Of a stretch of DNA of 64,000 nucleotides, positions 59,812 through 64,000 are shown in pieces. The stretch is from the NCBI RefSeq assembly GCF_963921235.1, contig NC_086108.1:86244001-86308000 (forward strand), written 5' to 3'. The notes beneath the pieces are model-generated. The model saw only the letters and a list, made by a program, of their open reading frames with translations. It searched no databases and was not told where the DNA came from. This DNA comes from Mobula hypostoma (Eukaryota). The translations under genes and the position numbers were made by a program. The first letter of the stretch is position 1; every line of letters begins with the position of its first letter.

Positions 59812-60645
59812 CTATGTGACTAAGCACAGTTCAAACACCATCTATAAATTCACAGGTGACAACAGTGTTATTGGCAGAATCTGAGATGGTGAGAAGAAGC
59901 CTTACAAGAATGAGTCAGATCAACTGGGTGAATGTTGTCACAACAACAACAATGTCAACAGAACCAAAGACTTAATTGTGGTTTCAAGAAGACGAAGTTT
60001 GGAGAACGTGCACAAGTCCTCACTGAGGGGTCAGCAGTAGAAAGAGGGGGCAGTTGGGTATCTGAATCTAGGGCCCAACACATTAATGCAATTATGAAAA
60101 AGGTATGCCAATGTCTCTACTTCATTAGGTGTTTGAGAAGATTCGGTGTGCTATCAAAGACTCCTGCTCATTTCTACAAATATAATGTATGATGGACGGT
60201 ATTCTGACTGGTTGCATCACTGCATGGTATGGAGGTGCCAAACTGGATCAAAAGAGGCTGCAGAGAGTTATAAGTTCAGCCAGCTCCATCACAGACACAA
60301 CCCTCCCCACCATCCAGAACATCTTCAAGAGGTGGTGACTTAAGGAGGTGGCATCATCATTAAGAAACTTCACCATCCAGAGCATTTTCTTGTTACTACC
60401 ATTGGGTAGGAGGTACAGCAGCCTGAAGACCCACACTCAGCATTTTAGGAACAGGTTCTTCCCCCTCCTCAATCAGAATTCAGAATGGTCAATGAAACCA
60501 GGAAAGCTACCTCATTAGTCCCTTTTTTGCAGCATTTACTTATATTTGCAACTTGCAGTAATTTTTATAGGTTGTGCAGTCCTGTTTGAACAAAGCAACA
60601 AACTTCATGGCATACATCACTGATAATGAAGCCAATTCTGATTCA
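59812..60645 (+). mobile_element. Rex1/Babar 3' portion, decayed
   Basis: IYKFTGD..; KKVCQCLYFIRCLRRFG; ILTGCITAWYG; LLPLGRRYSSLKTHT; tail aattctgattc. Confidence 0.85.
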
Positions 60646-60689
60646 TAATTTTAAACAGTTGTATTAAATCTATCCTCAGGTTTCCATAA

Positions 60690-60790
60690 TTCAGGAGAAA
60701 CTGATCCCTTGCTGAGACAATCTCTCCTCATAAGTAGCAACATTCCTGTAAATCTCCTCTGCACCCTTTCTAGTTGTACAAGTTGCAATA
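60690..60790 (-). mobile_element. Short CR1 RT-end fragment
   Basis: ctgtaaatctcctctgcaccctttctagt. Confidence 0.5.
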
Positions 60791-60949
60791 ACACCCATAT
60801 AACCAAAACCAAAAATAGTGGCAATGGGTATTAAATCATGATCAGATCTGCCACAAATCTTATTTTCATCCTTGGATCTGAGAAACTGTGAAGAAAATTG
60901 CCAATTATATTTTACCTCATTGCATTTTTCAAAAAACCCAAAGGATCTG

Positions 60950-61276
60950 TCTACAATCAATTACTTTGAAATGCAGTAAGAGGGAACCCTTTTGCACACA
61001 GAAAGATCTCACAAACTAAAGGTATGAAATTAATGTCCATTTAATTTCTTAACTGAAGGGGGTAATGCTCTTTATGACATCGGGTCAAATCAAATATCAG
61101 CATTGCATCTTCCCATCAAGAGAGATAAGACTTCTGCTTTAGTAGTTACTCAAAGGCATTGCTTCTGTGGCAGTTCATTTGTTTCTCAGTGGTGAACTGG
61201 AGTGTCAATCTAGATTATGTTTCGCAGATGCAGAATGGAATTTGAACTCAATCTCGGACTACCAAGAGAACCAAGG
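60950..61276 (-). mobile_element. Ancient DeuSINE (SacSINE1-like), near full length
   Basis: ctcagtggtgaactggagtgtcaatctagattatgt..tttgaactc (B box on minus strand); tttgcacacagaaagatctcacaaac. Confidence 0.6.
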
Positions 61277-61329
61277 TAATGAAAAGAATATTGTTGGTTG
61301 ATAATTACTGAAGTATTATTACAGACCGA

Positions 61330-61435
61330 TTGTGGGACACAAACAGAATTGCAATGGGTGGTTCAGATCAACCATAATACAATTGATTAGTTGTACAGGC
61401 TAGAGGAGCTGACTGGCATATATCGACTCCTATGT
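61330..61435 (+). mobile_element. Ancient CR1 tail
   Basis: cagatcaaccataat..acaggctagaggagctgactggc..gactcctatgt. Confidence 0.5.
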
Positions 61436-62294
61436 ATTTAATTTAATAGTGAAAGTTAAAGAAAGGAATAATTTCAATGTATTAGAGCAGTATTTACTAA
61501 ATAAAAACATAAGTATATATTAATGACATAGTTAATTCAGATAATTGAACACATTACATAACCATGTTCATTTAATTGAAGTGTTTTATTAAATAGACAT
61601 TAAGCCTGATACATTGTGAAGGTTCAATTCTAGTTTGAAGAAACAAAATTAATATAGTGGTTGGGCTTGTGTGTCACACCAATGTTAAAACAATTTAACA
61701 AGGAATTGATCTCACTAAATGTGATTGCATCTCTAAACACCTCAGACAATTATTTCTTAGTGCAAAGATCAGACATGGTAAATGTTCTGCACTCGACTAT
61801 TGTTGATTGAGGAGGACATTTCTTCTGTAAGGAAGAATAGGGAATTAGGAACCTTGTATGTTTGTGATTGCAAAGCAATCTGATTCTACAGACGTTGGAA
61901 GAGCAAGAGTTCAATGTCTCGCACCATGGAGAAATATAATTTTACCTATTCATATTACAGAGGATTTCATTCCTTAACATCATTAAGCACAGCAACTAGG
62001 GATATATTTCCAGATACAGAGTAAACAAGGTAAATAATTAAACATGAATAAGAGTGTAAGTTGTGTGCCCAGCAGAGTGCTTCACTCTTTATAGTAACAC
62101 CTACTATTATGCTGAAATTAACAGATAGAGGAGAATTTAATTACATATTCTTTCACACAGTCGAGCTTGGTAATTCTTGAAACTGAATTCTTGACAATCT
62201 CATTACTCATCACTGCTTGAGTTAAAATATTCTGAAATATCAACTAAAGTAGGATGAAAAATAAGACAAATGAGAATGTTAATTATCATATAAA

Positions 62295-62424
62295 AGCAAA
62301 AAAAAATGCTGATACTGGAAACCTGGAAAACACATAAAAAACACGAGAAATAAATATCAGGTTAGGTAGTATCTGTGATGTGAAAAACATCATCAGAATG
62401 TCAGATCAGTGACCTTTCATCAGA
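62295..62424 (-). mobile_element. Ancient PLE terminus with a decayed hammerhead
   Basis: Minus strand tCTGATGA a aggtc act gatct GACA; aaatgctgatactggaaacctg terminus. Confidence 0.6.
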
Positions 62425-62635
62425 TCAATATGATTGCAGATACTGTATGGTGGAAAGGAGTGAAATTATTATATTCTGTGGTAGTAAAGAATGAAGTTCT
62501 GTGGTGTGAGAGGGTGAAAATGTATTGATTCAAAGTGGAGGCATTTGAACTCATACAGAATCCCAGCTCCATTATTCTTTGCAAACAATTGTCCACTTTG
62601 TTGATCAGGTTAATTACCATTTTTGACTGGAAATT

Positions 62636-62830
62636 TATAGTTCAGCAGAATGCACCTTAGTTTATCAAGCCTTTTGTTAGATCTTTGAAAGAACCACTCA
62701 CTTAGTCCTAGTTTCCTGCTCTTCACTTGTTCTGCCTTAATTTCTTGTCTCCAGATATTATCTTCACCTTTAAAATTGATTATTACAAAACTGATTTCAC
62801 TGATTAATTTCTGCTTCTGGAATGACTTAG
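62636..62830 (-). mobile_element. Ancient CR1 3' UTR remnant
   Basis: Minus strand ggactaagtgagtggttctttcaaagatctaacaaaaggcttgata..ttctgctgaacta. Confidence 0.4.
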
Positions 62831-63699
62831 TTGGAAGCAATTCTCATGAGCCTTCTCTGATCTTTGAATTATCTGCATAGTCAATAATGGCAACTGGTAC
62901 CAGTGTAAGAGCAGTAAAGAGATACCGAGACTCAGGGCTAGGATGAAGACCCTGAATTGCAGATGAATGTCAAGAATGAAGAATGATATCCCAGTTCACA
63001 GCCTTCTCCTAGAGGGGAATTGCTTATATAAGATGTAAGCAGTTCCTTGAAAGATAGATAATTCTCAGAATAAGCCTGTGAAATCATAGACCCTAGAACA
63101 AACTAAGTGACCTTTACAAACTCTTGTGTTTGTGAGCAACATTGTACACTGAGATCTGGTCAGCTACATAACAATAAATAAATCTTCACATCCTGCTGTT
63201 CAGCAGTGATTGTTGCAATGATTGGAACATATCGAACTAATCCTTGTAACTAATAGCAAAAACAGCTCACTTTAAGGTGGGGGGGGGCGCTTAGTGAAAT
63301 TCCTTGCTGGGCTCTTCAAATATTGGTTCCAATGGATCTCCTTCTGCACCAATACCACAGGGATTGTCCAGGTCTCATTCACTATATTCAGGGATTCCCC
63401 CCTTTGCTGCCTCTCCTCTCCATGGCAAGCAGGTTCCGTGGTGCAGGTGTATCGCTGCTGGTGGGATAGTGTGCTTTTAAGGGATGCTGTCCCTTCCCAG
63501 ACTGAGGCACATCAATGTCTGAACCCATGTTAAATTGAATGTGGCTCCTTTGGGTACAATTCAGCTTTGTTATAACATGTCTGAGATATTCCGCACGGTT
63601 TTAAATGTCTTTATGGACAATTTCATGATTCTGTATTTTTGTGTGGGCATCAACACTAAATGCAGTGGAAAGTTTAACTCATCACAAAGAATAATCCAA

Positions 63700-63840
63700 T
63701 ATTTGGGCTAGTGTTTTTTTGGATAAGATGTTGGAAAGGGAACTCATCTCCTTCTTTGCCTACACTGCTCTGGTCAGTATTTGCCCTTCAACATGTGCCA
63801 ACGCTCAGACTAGATATTCTGGCTATTTGGTCACCTGCAG
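63700..63840 (+). mobile_element. Ancient DeuSINE remnant
   Basis: tttggataagatgtt..ctggtcagtatttgcccttcaac..agatattctggctatt. Confidence 0.4.
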
Positions 63841-64000
63841 TAACTAGTACCTTCCTGTAGGTAAATAAGCAGCCGCATAGATTTGCTTAATGACTGTGAA
63901 TACAATTGAATATATACCATGTTCTTTGTGAAATAAGATGCGGATTGCCAGTATCACAGGAATGTTCAAAGCTGAGATCAATAGATAGTTGGACCACAAA

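Noticed and set aside
62420..62840. Short minus-strand ORFs as possible host exons
   Set aside because: No recognisable domain, and they partly overlap decayed CR1 sequence.

Overview
Vertebrate-type, gene-poor, repeat-dense DNA (intergenic or inside a large intron). I found no host protein-coding exon, tRNA, rRNA or CRISPR array. The repeat complement suggests a cartilaginous fish, probably a ray (inference). It includes many CR1 LINEs, Rex1/Babar LINEs, an RTE/BovB-like LINE, HE1-like V-SINEs, DeuSINE remnants, Penelope-like elements (PLEs), Tc1 transposons and Ty3/Gypsy LTR elements. Most of the window is nested, decayed transposable elements, several with exact target-site duplications (TSDs). 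The most notable signal is a dispersed family of minimal type I hammerhead ribozyme motifs in about 10 PLE-derived inserts. Two copies have fully canonical cores (29625-29662 minus, 41565-41602 plus). A third sits in a non-coding 190-bp insert with a perfect 12-bp TSD. Two more form a 255-bp foldback, and one PLE fragment starts 3 nt from the predicted cleavage site. Other highlights: a decayed two-LTR chromovirus with mismatched flanks whose RT core is replaced by an inverted copy of a local TE mosaic; four solo LTRs; a 26/31-bp satellite split by a solo LTR; a 606-bp non-autonomous retroposon inside a Tc1 terminal repeat; and several TE-free islands that may be conserved non-coding elements. 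Family names come from motif recognition by eye, not database searches, and boundaries without a TSD are approximate.
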